A stretch of DNA of 62,987 nt, the filler included, from Octopus bimaculoides (taxonomy: Eukaryota), in assembly GCF_001194135.2 (NCBI RefSeq). It is 8 parts of 8 records of this genome, joined end to end, with 100 filler letters (N's around TTAATTAATTAA, not from the genome) between each part and the next. Parts side by side here need not be neighbours in the genome. Positions count along the whole stretch, not along the records: positions 25,204 to 27,888 come from NC_069002.1; positions 27,989 to 38,702 come from NC_068991.1; positions 38,803 to 50,782 come from NW_026439423.1; 5 more parts are not named here. One strand, 5' to 3'. Below, piece after piece: positions 27,871-39,702 of the stretch; within the stretch, counting starts at the first letter, position 1; every line of letters starts with the position of its first letter. The notes under the pieces were generated by a model. It was not told the DNA's origin. It saw only the letters and a program-made list of their open reading frames with translations, and did no database searches. The position numbers were made by a program, and so were the translations under genes.

Positions 27871-27988
27871 CACACACACACACACACANNNNNNNNNNNN
27901 NNNNNNNNNNNNNNNNNNNNNNNNNNNNNNNNTTAATTAATTAANNNNNNNNNNNNNNNNNNNNNNNNNNNNNNNNNNNNNNNNNNNN

Positions 27989-28038
<50 letters not shown>

Positions 28039-28964
28039 GCACACAAACACACACATACACACGCACACACACAATCACACACACCCACACACTCACTCAC
28101 TCACAGGCATATAACAATGCACAAATAGATGTACGCACATATATGCTCTTTCAGTAAGTGACATTTCAGAATAATTAATGCACCACCTACCTACCTACCT
28201 ACCTACCTGCTCAACCCCACCCTACCTACTACTACTAGTCTTTTACAAATATCTCTCATAAATATATATATATAGACTACATAACATTATTCCAAACATA
28301 CTGACTTAATTCCTACCAATAACACTAGAGATTCTTCTCTCAAGTTTTATTTTGCTTATTTCCCACTCCCACCATTCGACCTGATACGTGTCCTTGATTC
28401 AGTTATTTGGGAGTCAATTAGGGATTTCAGAAATTACTGGCATTTAAAATTTTGTTTCGTCATTTTTGTGCTTACTTGATTTCATGTTATAGGTATCCCC
28501 GAAGCCACATTTTCACTCCATAGCACATTTAAATATATGTCATTGTATCTTCGTGTTCTCTATAATATCATCATTGTTTTGAAATCTTTAAAGTTTATGA
28601 AAGCCTATTCCTACAGTGTGAGCAGCACTGGATTAACCATCAAGCAAAACGAGCACGCGTCAAGGGAAGTAAATGGTTTATGGTACAAAAGAAATCACTT
28701 TAAGCTTGCTAAAATAATATTTGGGATGCCTTAGCTCTACTAAGCGTAGAAGCATGAGTTACGTAGGATTGGGTTTGAGGGTTTGATCAATGATGTTGCA
28801 ATAAAAAAAAGGAGGAAACTTTTCATATATAAGTTAAGTGGAAGTATACAAAAAGAAACATTATTTTCCATCTTATTAGTTTTGCTTCGTTTTGAAAAAT
28901 GCAAATTTATTTTATGGTTTATTATTGTTTATATTTTGAATTACACAAACACACACACACATAT

Positions 28965-29255
28965 GTATGTAGGGGGGCATCAAAATCTGTTAAGTGTTTA
29001 GGACCTCTGTGGGTTTTAATACGCGGAGTTTCGTTCAATACTGATGCAGAATTGAGAGCTTGGTTGGATCAATTTTTCGAGTCGAAATCGGGTGATTTCT
29101 ACCACAGAACGTTGGGAACGTTGGGAAGAACGTTGGGAAGAAGTTGTAAACAACAAGGGTGAATACATTATTGATTAATTAGTTATTTTTTATTAAACCT
29201 TTTAAAAAATTTAAATTAAAAAAAAAATGGTGGGAACTTAGTTGCCAACCCAATA
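28965..29255 (+). mobile_element. Mariner remnant (transposase C-terminus and right TIR)
   Basis: RGVSFNTDAELRAWLDQFFESKSGDFYHR...VVNNKGEYIID; ends gaacttagttgccaacccaa|ta (reverse complement TTGGGTTGGCAACTAAGT, a mariner-type TIR). Confidence 0.85.
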
Positions 29256-29269
29256 TTATTAGTGCTTTG

Positions 29270-30275
29270 GACAGAGTGCTTCGCGGCATTTTCCCACCTC
29301 TCAGTTCAAATGTCACCTAGATCGATTTTGCCATCCATCCTTTCGGAATCGATAGAATAAGTACCAACTGAAAACTGAGGTCGATGTAATTGACTAACAT
29401 CCTCTCCTCAAAATTGTTGTCCTTGTGTCAAAATCATAAAGAATTATTATAATCGTCTCCACAACCATCACCGTCACCACCACCATCACCAAGACCAAAC
29501 TCTTTCGCCGAACCGCTAAGTTACGGGGACATAAACACACCAGCATCGGTTGTAAAACGACGGTGGCGGGTGACAAACAGACACAGACAGACACACACAC
29601 ACATAAATACACGCACACGCACACTCACACACACATAAATACACGCACACGCACACTCACACACACACACACACACACACACATTTATAATCTTTGTAAG
29701 CCTTATTCTATCGGTTTCTTTTGCCGAGCTGCTAAGTTACGGGGACATAAACACACGAGCATCGGTTGTCAAGCGAAGTTGGGGGGACAAACACAGACAC
29801 ACAAACATATACACACACATACAAACGACATTTAGTCTGGACGCAGACTAAATACATATTGAAATATAAACAACGAAAAGTAAAGAACAAAATTGTATAA
29901 CATATGCAAATGAACACATTTCCAAAGTAGAATCTGTTTGACCTTTACTGAACCAATCAAAATTCCTAAAACTCTTATAATATAGAATGCTGTACCACGT
30001 ATAAATATATAAGATAAAAGATAAATACAGAAATGCAGAGAACATACTTTTATTTAAGAGATACAGGTACAAAATAATACACAGCAGCAGTCACAGAGGA
30101 ACTGGCGTCTTGTGACACATACGCCACAGAAACCGAATCAAAGCGGCTGCGCGGCGAACTACTACAGACCGCGAAATTCAAAGCTAGCCAGTTACAAAAA
30201 TAGTTGGATTTCTGATAATTCCGGATTTCTGGATACCGGATAAGAGGTTCGGTACCTATATATACATACATACAT

Positions 30276-30318
<43 letters not shown>

Positions 30319-30960
30319 TTCTCTTTTACTCTTTCACTTATTTCAGTCATTTGGCTGCGGCCATGCTGGAACACCACCTTTTAATCGAATAAATCGACCA
30401 CAGGACTTATTCTTTGTAAGCCTAGTACTTATTCTTTCGGTCTCTTTTGCCGAACCGCTAACTTACGGGTACGCAAATATACCAACATCGTATATATACG
30501 ACGGGCTTCTTTCAGTTTCCGTCTACCAAATCCACACACAAGACTTTAGTTAGCTATAGTAAAAAGCACTTGCCCAAGGTGCCACACAATGGGATTGAAC
30601 CTGGAACCATGTGGTTTTGAAGCAAGCTTCTTACCATGAACCTATACCTGGGCTTACACACACACACTCTATCTATCTATATATCTATCTATAGATAGAT
30701 CGATAGCGTGCGCACACACACACATACATAGAACATTCATATATGCATTGGTTTCAATTTTTGGCACAAGGCCAGCAATTTCGGGGGAACGGGTAAATCA
30801 ATTACATCGATCGCAGTGCTCAACTGGTACTTGTTTTTATGGACCACGAAAGGATGAAAGGCAGAGTCGACCCCCTACAGAATTTGAACACAGCACGTAA
30901 AGACGGACGAAATGCCGCCAAGCATTTCTTCCGGTCTGCAAACGATTCTGTCCGGCGTAG
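29270..30960. mobile_element. Cluster of SINE A and B fragments (A+ 29270-29440; B- about 29490-29830 and 30325-30650; A- 30755-30960)
   Basis: Match to the other copies in the window. Confidence 0.75.
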
Positions 30961-31231
30961 TAACGCCTTTGTCAGCTCACATCCTTACACACACATTTGT
31001 GTATTAAACAATTACATCTGTGAAGTGTCACTTTCGCTGTAGGAAAACATTTAAGCTCTCTAGCATACACAAACATACACACACACGCACTGACACACAC
31101 TCACATACCTTCTAATAGATCATTGTCTTTAGTGTGAAGTGTCGTTGAATGCTATCGACACTTCTTAGTAGTGCTTAGAAAGTAAATGACACGAAGACTT
31201 ACTGACTTTTCCCACTATAACAATGACAGTG

Positions 31232-31413
31232 TTGGCACTCCGTCGCTTACGACGACGAGGGTTCCAGTTGATCCGATCAACGGAACAGCATGCTCGTGAA
31301 ATTAACGTGCAAGTGGCTGAGCACTCCACAGACACGTGTACCCTTAACGTAGTTCTCGGGGATATTCAGCGTGACACAGTGTGACAAGGCTGACCCTTTG
31401 AATTACAGGTAGA
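31232..31413 (-). mobile_element. SINE family C 3' part
   Basis: ttggcactccgtcgcttacg..cccttaacgtagttctcgggg. Confidence 0.85.
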
Positions 31414-31906
31414 ANNNNNNNNNNNNNNNNNNNNNNNNNNNNNNNNNNNNNNNNNNNNNNNNNNNNNNNNNNNNNNNNNNNNNNNNNNNNNNNNNNNNNN
31501 NNNNNNNNNNNNNNNNNNNNNNNNNNNNNNNNNNNNNNNNNNNNNNNNNNNNNNNNNNNNNNNNNNNNNNNNNNNNNNNNNNNNNNNNNNNNNNNNNNNN
31601 NNNNNNNNNNNNNNNNNNNNNNNNNNNNNNNNNNNNNNNNNNNNNNNNNNNNNNNNNNNNNNNNNNNNNNNNNNNNNNNNNNNNNNNNNNNNNNNNNNNN
31701 NNNNNNNNNNNNAGTGAAACTCACAGATGTCGCATGTTCTTAGATAAACATTCCTACTAACTCGCTCACCGAGTAATTTCTTTGATATCACGGCTAAATA
31801 AGTGTCTATTTATAAGTGGAAACCACTTATTATAGGCTCGGTTATAGTTACGGAAAAACCGGCGCCCCAAAGTGATCACAATAAGTGGCTTCTAATGTAT
31901 GTATGA

Positions 31907-31955
<49 letters not shown>

Positions 31956-32254
31956 TTAGGGTTCAAAGTTGCTTCAAATGTTCAGGCCGCTAAGTTTTGC
32001 CATCTCAGGGAAACCCTCAAATATTGACAATACAAAAAGCCACATGACAAAGACTTGAGCTTTACTTTTGGTAAGGCCGAGAAAAACTTCATCTCTGATC
32101 GGGTGCTGGCCCTCAAGAATGCTCAACTAAAAGCCGCATTACATCAGTGTGTTTGTAAATATGAAAGCAGTGTTGGTGCTACACACTACACAGATCTTGT
32201 TAGTATTTCTAAGGTGTCAATTTATCATTATTATACAATGATATATTGGTTTCA

Positions 32255-32450
32255 TATTTCGGCACAAAGCTAGCAATTTTGTGAAGAGACGAAATCGATT
32301 ATATCGATCTGGTGCTCAGCTGGTACCTTTCTCATCGTCTGGTACTTATTTCATCCGAAAGGATGGAAGTCGACCTTTCTGAAATTTGAACTCAGAAAGT
32401 GGAAACGAATTTTGTCCGACGTGCTAACGATTCTGCCAGTTCGCCGACTT
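32255..32450 (-). mobile_element. SINE family A
   Basis: A tail, core and head in reverse. Confidence 0.75.
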
Positions 32451-33264
32451 TAATACAATGACATATTATGGATAGCGTCCTTATCTTAATTTCATTGTCG
32501 CAAATTCGTTTGACTGTTATAAGAATCCGGATGTACAACACGTGTAGTACAACAGCTGAAACATTCTGATCTTAGGAAACAGCGAGAGGAAACGCATCTA
32601 AATGTATCAGTTTATAATAAGCCACGTCCAAACCCGTGCATGCTACTTGTTAGTCTACATTTGTGATTTTTTGGTTGAACTCAGAGTTCCTTGTATATCT
32701 GTGGTGAATATCTTAATTAAATTCACGAGGTGTCGTCGTTTTTGTTTTTCCTAATGTTCTATTGCTCCCCAAATTAGGCTTCTGATCAATTAGATCCATG
32801 GTTTAAAAAAAAAACAAAAACAGAAGAATTCCAGCTATGACATCGCAATGTATGTTTAGAACAATATTCTTCTATCTGCCTCTCTATTTTTAAGTAATAC
32901 GAGTTCCGCAGGAGGAGCGGCTGCTATTTGTGGCATCTTGTGTGACGACGTAAAAGCGTAAAAGCTCTGCGTCATTGTCGAAGACGATATTGCGCACCTT
33001 CAAGTTTGTCAGAATCAAACAGCTTTATGATTAAAAGGTTTCTCGCAATGGCCGAGCCGTGTTGTTTTTTATGTGCAGCAATAAATTATCCACTACGTGT
33101 CCTTTATTTTGCTCAAAACGGCAGGGTGATGTTTGAGGTATATCTGGCTGTTATTTCATGAAGGTTGAGTGGCCACTTAACAAGCTCACCGGCATAAATG
33201 AAAGCCACAAGCAAAGAACCAATAGTTTATTTACAATTTAAGATATAAACAACTCGAAGGTGAC

Positions 33265-33438
33265 ACGTGGTAAGAAGCTTGCTTCCTAACCACATGGTTC
33301 CAGTTTCAGTCTCGCTGCGTGGCTTCGAACGCAAATGTCTTCAACTATAGCCACGGGCCAGCCAAAGCCTTGTGAGTGGATTTGGTAGACGGAAACTGAA
33401 AGAAGCCCGTCGTATCTATCTATCTATCTATCTACCTA

Positions 33439-33471
<33 letters not shown>

Positions 33472-33560
33472 GTGTATGTGTCTTCGTGTCTGTGTTTGTT
33501 CCCCATCACTGCTTGATAACCGCTGTTGATGTGTTTACGTCCCAGTAACTTAGCGGTACC
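33265..33560 (+). mobile_element. SINE family B
   Basis: B head and body. Confidence 0.8.
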
Positions 33561-34000
33561 AGGTTTAATAAAAAAAAAAGCATTTATATATTAACAGTTT
33601 AGATCTTAATTATAAAAAATAAATATGAAACCATTATTCTATGCTAATTTAGTGAATTTTGTCAAGGTCCCTTTTCAGTTTGTAAGATAGAAATTTAAGT
33701 GTAATAAAATGTTTGAAAAGAAATTTAAAGTGCCGATGTGATAACTGTAAACCTACTTTTGGGCCACTCTCTCTCTCTCTCNNNNNNNNNNNNNNNNNNN
33801 NNNNNNNNNNNNNNNNNNNNNNNNNNNNNNNNNNNNNNNNNNNNNNNNNNNNNNNNNNNNNNNNNNNNNNNNNNNNNNNNNNNNNNNNNNNNNNNNNNNN
33901 NNNNNNNNNNNNNNNNNNNNNNNNNNNNNNNNNNNNNNNNNNNNNNNNNNNNNNNNNNNNNNNNNNNNNNNNNNNNNNNNNNNNNNNNNNNNNNNNNNNN

Positions 34001-34060
<60 letters not shown>

Positions 34061-34552
34061 GTGCGTGTTTGTGTGTAATAAGAGAGACACAAAACAGCCT
34101 TGAGTTACATCCGAATATTACTCATATACGTATCAGTACGTATAAAACAGACTAACTAAAATTACTGGGACATTATATGTGAGTAGGTAAGTTGTGAATA
34201 AGTCCTTATGCGTAACTTTGACAAACATATATTTAGCGTCGCTATGTAAATAAATCCTGTTATTTCTCTGCCAAAGAAATATTATGATATGCAAATGAAT
34301 AAAATCCCCACCAGTAGTTACTCATAGCGTGTTTTTTTTTTAGTTGTAGGCAGCTCTAAGTTGAATCCTATCTCTGTTGGACGAACAAGAGTTTTGATAA
34401 GATGGCAACAAGCTGACAAAACTAGTCGACCTGTTCTCGAGTTTGTCCTACACAGAGGAACGGAAGGACTGAGAGAGGGAAAGAGAGAGAGAAAGAGAAA
34501 TAGAGAGCGAGAGAGAGAGAGTAGAAGAAAGGAGGTAGAGAGAGAGAGAGAA

Positions 34553-34595
<43 letters not shown>

Positions 34596-34744
34596 GAGAG
34601 AGTCTTGTGGTTTAATCATGGTTCTATTTACACAACGAGGCTAAATGCATGTTTATCAAACCTACATATGTGCCCACCCATATGTGTGTATATATATATA
34701 TATATATACATATGAATTTATATATATATGAATGTGTGTGTATG

Positions 34745-34779
<35 letters not shown>

Positions 34780-35303
34780 NNNNNNNNNNNNNNNNNNNNN
34801 NNNNNNNNNNNNNNNNNNNNNNNNNNNNNNNNNNNNNNNNNNNNNNNNNNNNNNNNNNNNNNNNNNNNNNNNNNNNNNNNNNNNNNNNNNNNNNNNNNNN
34901 NNNNNNNNNNNNNNNNNNNNNNNNNNNNNNNNNNNNNNNNNNNNNNNNNNNNNNNNNNNNNNNNNNNNNNNNNNNNNNNNNNNNNNNNNNNNNNNNNNNN
35001 NNNNNNNNNNNNNNNNNNNNNNNNNNNNNNNNNNNNNNNNNNNNNNNNNNNNNNNNNNNNNNNNNNNNNNNNNNNNNNNNNNNNNNNNNNNNNNNNNNNN
35101 NNNNNNNNNNNNNNNNNNNNNNNNNNNNNNNNNNNNNNNNNNNNNNNNNNNNNNNNNNNNNNNNNNNNNNNNNNNNNNNNNNNNNNNNNNNNNNNNNNNN
35201 NNNNNNNNNNNNNNNNNNNNNNNNNNNNNNNNNNNNNNNNNNNNNNNNNNNNNNNNNNNNNNNNNNNNNNNNNNNNNNNNNNNNNNNNNNNNNNNNNNNN
35301 NNN

Positions 35304-35595
35304 CGTGCAAGTGGCTGCGCACTCCACAGAAACGTGTACCCTTAACGTAGTTCTCGGGGATATTCAGCGTGACACAGTGTGACAAGGCTGGCCCTTTGAA
35401 TTACAGGCACAACAGAAACAGGAAGTAAGAGTGAGAGAAAGTTGTGGCGGAAGAATTCAGCAGGGTTCGCCACCATCCCCTTCTGGAGCCTCGTGGAGCT
35501 TTGGGTGTTTTCGCTCAATAAACACTCACAACGCCCGGTCTGGGAATCGAAACCGCGAGTCCGCTGCCCTAACCACTGGGCCATTGCGCCTCCAC
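35304..35595 (-). mobile_element. SINE family C
   Basis: Reverse complement of C head and body. Confidence 0.85.
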
Positions 35596-35840
35596 TTAGA
35601 TACACATACAGGGTTGTAAATGAACCAACAGCGGATGCGAAGCGGTGTGGAGGAGCAAGCACAAAGACATACACAGACGCACGTATACGTTGAGTTTTCT
35701 CTACCAAGGTAAAGACACTTGCTCAAGGTGGGACTGAACTGAAACCACGCGGCTGCAAAGCGAGCTTCAAAACCACGCACACACTTGACACGAAACGAAA
35801 CACAAGTTTCCAGAGTGCTACGTTGTATCTTCTGTTACAG

Positions 35841-35944
<104 letters not shown>

Positions 35945-36805
35945 NNNNNNNNNNNNNNNNNNNNNNNNNNNNNNNNNNNNNNNNNNNNNNNNNNNNNNNN
36001 NNNNNNNNNNNNNNNNNNNNNNNNNNNNNNNNNNNNNNNNNNNNNNNNNNNNNNNNNNNNNNNNNNNNNNNNNNNNNNNNNNNNNNNNNNNNNNNNNNNN
36101 NNNNNNNNNNNNNNNNNNNNNNNNNNNNNNNNNNNNNNNNNNNNNNNNNNNNNNNNNNNNNNNNNNNNNNNNNNNNNNNNNNNNNNNNNNNNNNNNNNNN
36201 NNNNNNNNNNNNNNNNNNNNNNNNNNNNNNNNNNNNNNNNNNNNNNNNNNNNNNNNNNNNNNNNNNNNNNNNNNNNNNNNNNNNNNNNNNNNNNNNNNNN
36301 NNNNNNNNNNNNNNNNNNNNNNNNNNNNNNNNNNNNNNNNNNNNNNNNNNNNNNNNNNNNNNNNNNNNNNNNNNNNNNNNNNNNNNNNNNNNNNNNNNNN
36401 NNNNNNNNNNNNNNNNNNNNNNNNNNNNNNNNNNNNNNNNNNNNNNNNNNNNNNNNNNNNNNNNNNNNNNNNNNNNNNNNNNNNNNNNNNNNNNNNNNNN
36501 NNNNNNNNNNNNNNNNNNNNNNNNNNNNNNNNNNNNNNNNNNNAATGATAAGTGATATAAAATAAAAAAAAAGAAAAAGAAAAAACAGTTATAATACAGG
36601 TAATATTACATTAATCTGACAGGTTACTCTATTCTTTTGTAGATTAAAAAAATATTATTCTCATATAAGAATGTTGTTGAAAGTGACTTCGAAGTTTCGG
36701 TCGGTTAAGCCATCGTCGGACACTTCGGCAATCCGACGATGGCTTAGCCGAAAACTTCGGAGCCACTTGTTTAAGAATAATAAATACACGCGCGCGCGCG
36801 CACAC

Positions 36806-36860
<55 letters not shown>

Positions 36861-36992
36861 ATACACATATATGTGTGTGTTCTGCATGTGCGTGTGTGAT
36901 TACGTGTGTATGCATGTATAATTGTGAACGTTCATGCGTGCACACCTTGTGTACAAATATATGAATGTATGCAAAATAAAAAAAAGACTCAC

Positions 36993-37293
36993 GTTTGAAG
37001 TTTTCCTCAAACCACCCCTTGGGGTCAGTGTTGTTGATATTGGGTAATATTTTCGGGGAAGCACCGAGGTAATAGCCAGCCGCCCTCGTAACACCAATTT
37101 CGGTAATGTCTTGGTGTGTCAGATCGTCTTCCATTAGGTCATCTTCATAACTGATTCGATTGTGTAAGAATCCCTGGGTCGGATTTAGCAGACACGAACA
37201 GAACAGAAGCACCAACATAGAAAGGGACAGACTAGTGAAAGGGAATCCCTTGAAAACACGACGAGCGTTCGCTAGCGGCGGCGGCGGCGGCAT
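36993..37293 (-). CDS. VWA7: First coding exon of a secreted VWA7-like protein (signal peptide, then FLHNRISYEDDLMEDDLTHQDITEIGVTRAAGYYL)
   Basis: ATG at 37293 with an upstream in-frame stop; hydrophobic segment ending NPTQG; THQDITE resembles the THQDLTE motif at the start of mature VWA7; AAAC|GTGAGT donor. Family call rests on motif recall; no later exons were found. Confidence 0.6.
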
Positions 37294-37646
37294 CGCGTCC
37301 TTAATGTTGTTGATGCTGAAAGGTAATGTTCCTATTACTGCGTAGCTCTGGTTCTGACACTGTAGGTTTTGTTAGTTGTGAAATTGTGGTGGTCGCGTCC
37401 GCTGTTGTTGTCACTGGTAGCGGTAGCGCGTGGAGTGGTCTGTGTCGTAATTACTGTTGTTATTGTAGTAATAGCTGTAATAGTAGTAGTAGTAATAGTA
37501 ATAGTAATAGTTGCTGTTGTTTTTCCCTGTTATGATAATGCTTGTAACAGTGGCCTGTGTTTTTTATTAAGGTGCTACTGCTGCTGCTGTTGTTGGTTGT
37601 CGTGGTGGCTGTTCTTGTGGTAAGTGTTCTGTCGATGTCGGTAGTT

Positions 37647-37841
37647 TTACTTGTAGGGGTGGTAGTGGTAGTGGTGGTTGTAGTAGTCGACGGTGTTGGA
37701 CACTTCGCACTTCTGTCTACTACCTCTTTTCTGCTGCTGCTTCTGCTGCTGCGTCTGCTGTTCTTGTTGTTGCTGCTGTTGCTGCTGCTGCTGTAGTTGC
37801 TTCTGCCGCCCTCTATAGAAGCCGGCCTCGTTTAGCACCAT
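37647..37841 (-). other. 64-codon polyQ upstream ORF in the presumed VWA7-like 5' leader
   Basis: MVLNEAGFYRGRQKQLQQQQ...HPYK*; lies just downstream of a ttcatcgttcag acceptor (exon start 37866) with no clear splice site before the main ATG. Confidence 0.4.
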
Positions 37842-37917
37842 ACTTCACAGATTGATAGAAATAGAGCTGAACGATGAAGGGCAAAAGCGTATTTCATACA
37901 AGTGCCTCATTTCATTA

Positions 37918-37953
<36 letters not shown>

Positions 37954-38802
37954 CAGAGAGAGAGAGTGTATATGTGTATGTATGTGTATATGTGTGTGTA
38001 TATACATGTGACTGTACGTGTGTGTGTGCGTGTTTGTATGAGTGGGTGTTTGTGAGTGACGGAGCGAAGTTGCATCAGCGCGCGCGTAGATCTCTGCGTG
38101 TGTGTGTGTGTGTGTGTGTATGAGTGCGCGTGGTACATATGTGCGCATATGTGTATGTAAGTGGTATCTGTCTATTTGCTTGTCTCTCTCTCTCACTCTC
38201 TCTTCCCCTCTGTGCGTCAGGGTGTGGCTGAGTAAGGCAGTATCTGTCTTAGAGAACTATCTATTAGTGTGTTTATGTGTGTGTACGAGCGTGTACGTAT
38301 ATGTACGTGTATATGTGTGTTTGTGAGATTTATGTTCAAGTGCGTGTGTGGTTAAGCGAAGTTGCAACTGTGCATGCATCTGTGCGTGTATGTTGTATGT
38401 GTATGCATGCATGCGTGTGTGTGTGTGTGTGTGTATGAATGTATGCGTGTAATAATATGTGTGATAATGTGTTTTTTTTTTTTACATTAAAGCGAGTGAA
38501 CGAGAGATGCTACATCTGTGTGTGTCTGTGTGTGTGCGTTTGAGAGTGTGTATGTGTGTATATTCATGTGCACATATGTAGATGTATGGGTTTATGTTAA
38601 TAAGCCTGTCTGTTAGTGATGGAGTGATTCAGTGAGTGGAAGTATGAGGAGGTGAGTGAGTGACGGTGAGTGAACGAGAGACATACATAGATGGATATCT
38701 ATNNNNNNNNNNNNNNNNNNNNNNNNNNNNNNNNNNNNNNNNNNNNTTAATTAATTAANNNNNNNNNNNNNNNNNNNNNNNNNNNNNNNNNNNNNNNNNN
38801 NN

Positions 38803-38851
<49 letters not shown>

Positions 38852-39236
38852 TATATATATATCTATATATGTCTATATATGTCTATATATATATATATGT
38901 TACCAGTGCCTGTGACTCTTAACAAGGTCTCTGAAAAGAATGAAAGGGAGAAGGAAGGAAGTAAAGAATCCTTAAAGAGGAAATCCAATCCGAGTACTTG
39001 CAGTAAGACGCCGGGGGAGGGGTGGGGAAGAAATCTCCAGTGAAGGTACTCGGGGTTACCAGGGAACGGTAATGGTAGCGGTGTTGATGATGATGATGGT
39101 TGTGGTTGTGGTGGTTGGTGTTAAATGTAATGGCATGGAGCAGAATCGATGAACGAAAAACAAAGACAGGCTGAAAATTTCTCTGTGTGTGTGTATGTGA
39201 GTGTGCTTGTGCATCTGTGTATGTATGTAAATATAT

Positions 39237-39299
<63 letters not shown>

Positions 39300-39702
39300 N
39301 NNNNNNNNNNNNNNNNNNNNNNNNNNNNNNNNNNNNNNNNNNNNNNNNNNNNNNNNNNNNNNNNNNNNNNNNNNNNNNNNNNNNNNNNNNNNNNNNNNNN
39401 NNNNNNNNNNNNNNNNNNNNNNNNNNNNNNNNNNNNNNNNNNNNNNNNNNNNNNNNNNNNNNNNNNNNNNNNNNNNNNNNNNNNNNNNNNNNNNNNNNNN
39501 NNNNNNNNNNNNNNNNNNNNNNNNNNNNNNNNNNNNNNNNNNNNNNNNNNNNNNNNNNNNNNNNNNNNNNNNNNNNNNNNNNNNNNNNNNNNNNNNNNNN
39601 NNNNNNNNNNNNNNNNNNNNNNNNNNNNNNNNNNNNNNNNNNNNNNNNNNNNNNNNNNNNNNNNNNNNNNNNNNNNNNNNNNNNNNNNNNNNNNNNNNNN
39701 NN

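Noticed and set aside
29107-29142. Triple aacgttggga repeat as a regulatory array
   Set aside because: Local slippage duplication inside the mariner coding remnant.
32990-33030. FDSDKLEGAQYRL as the VWA7 HFD segment
   Set aside because: Stops close by on both sides, no acceptor in the right phase, and it looks like part of a repeat.
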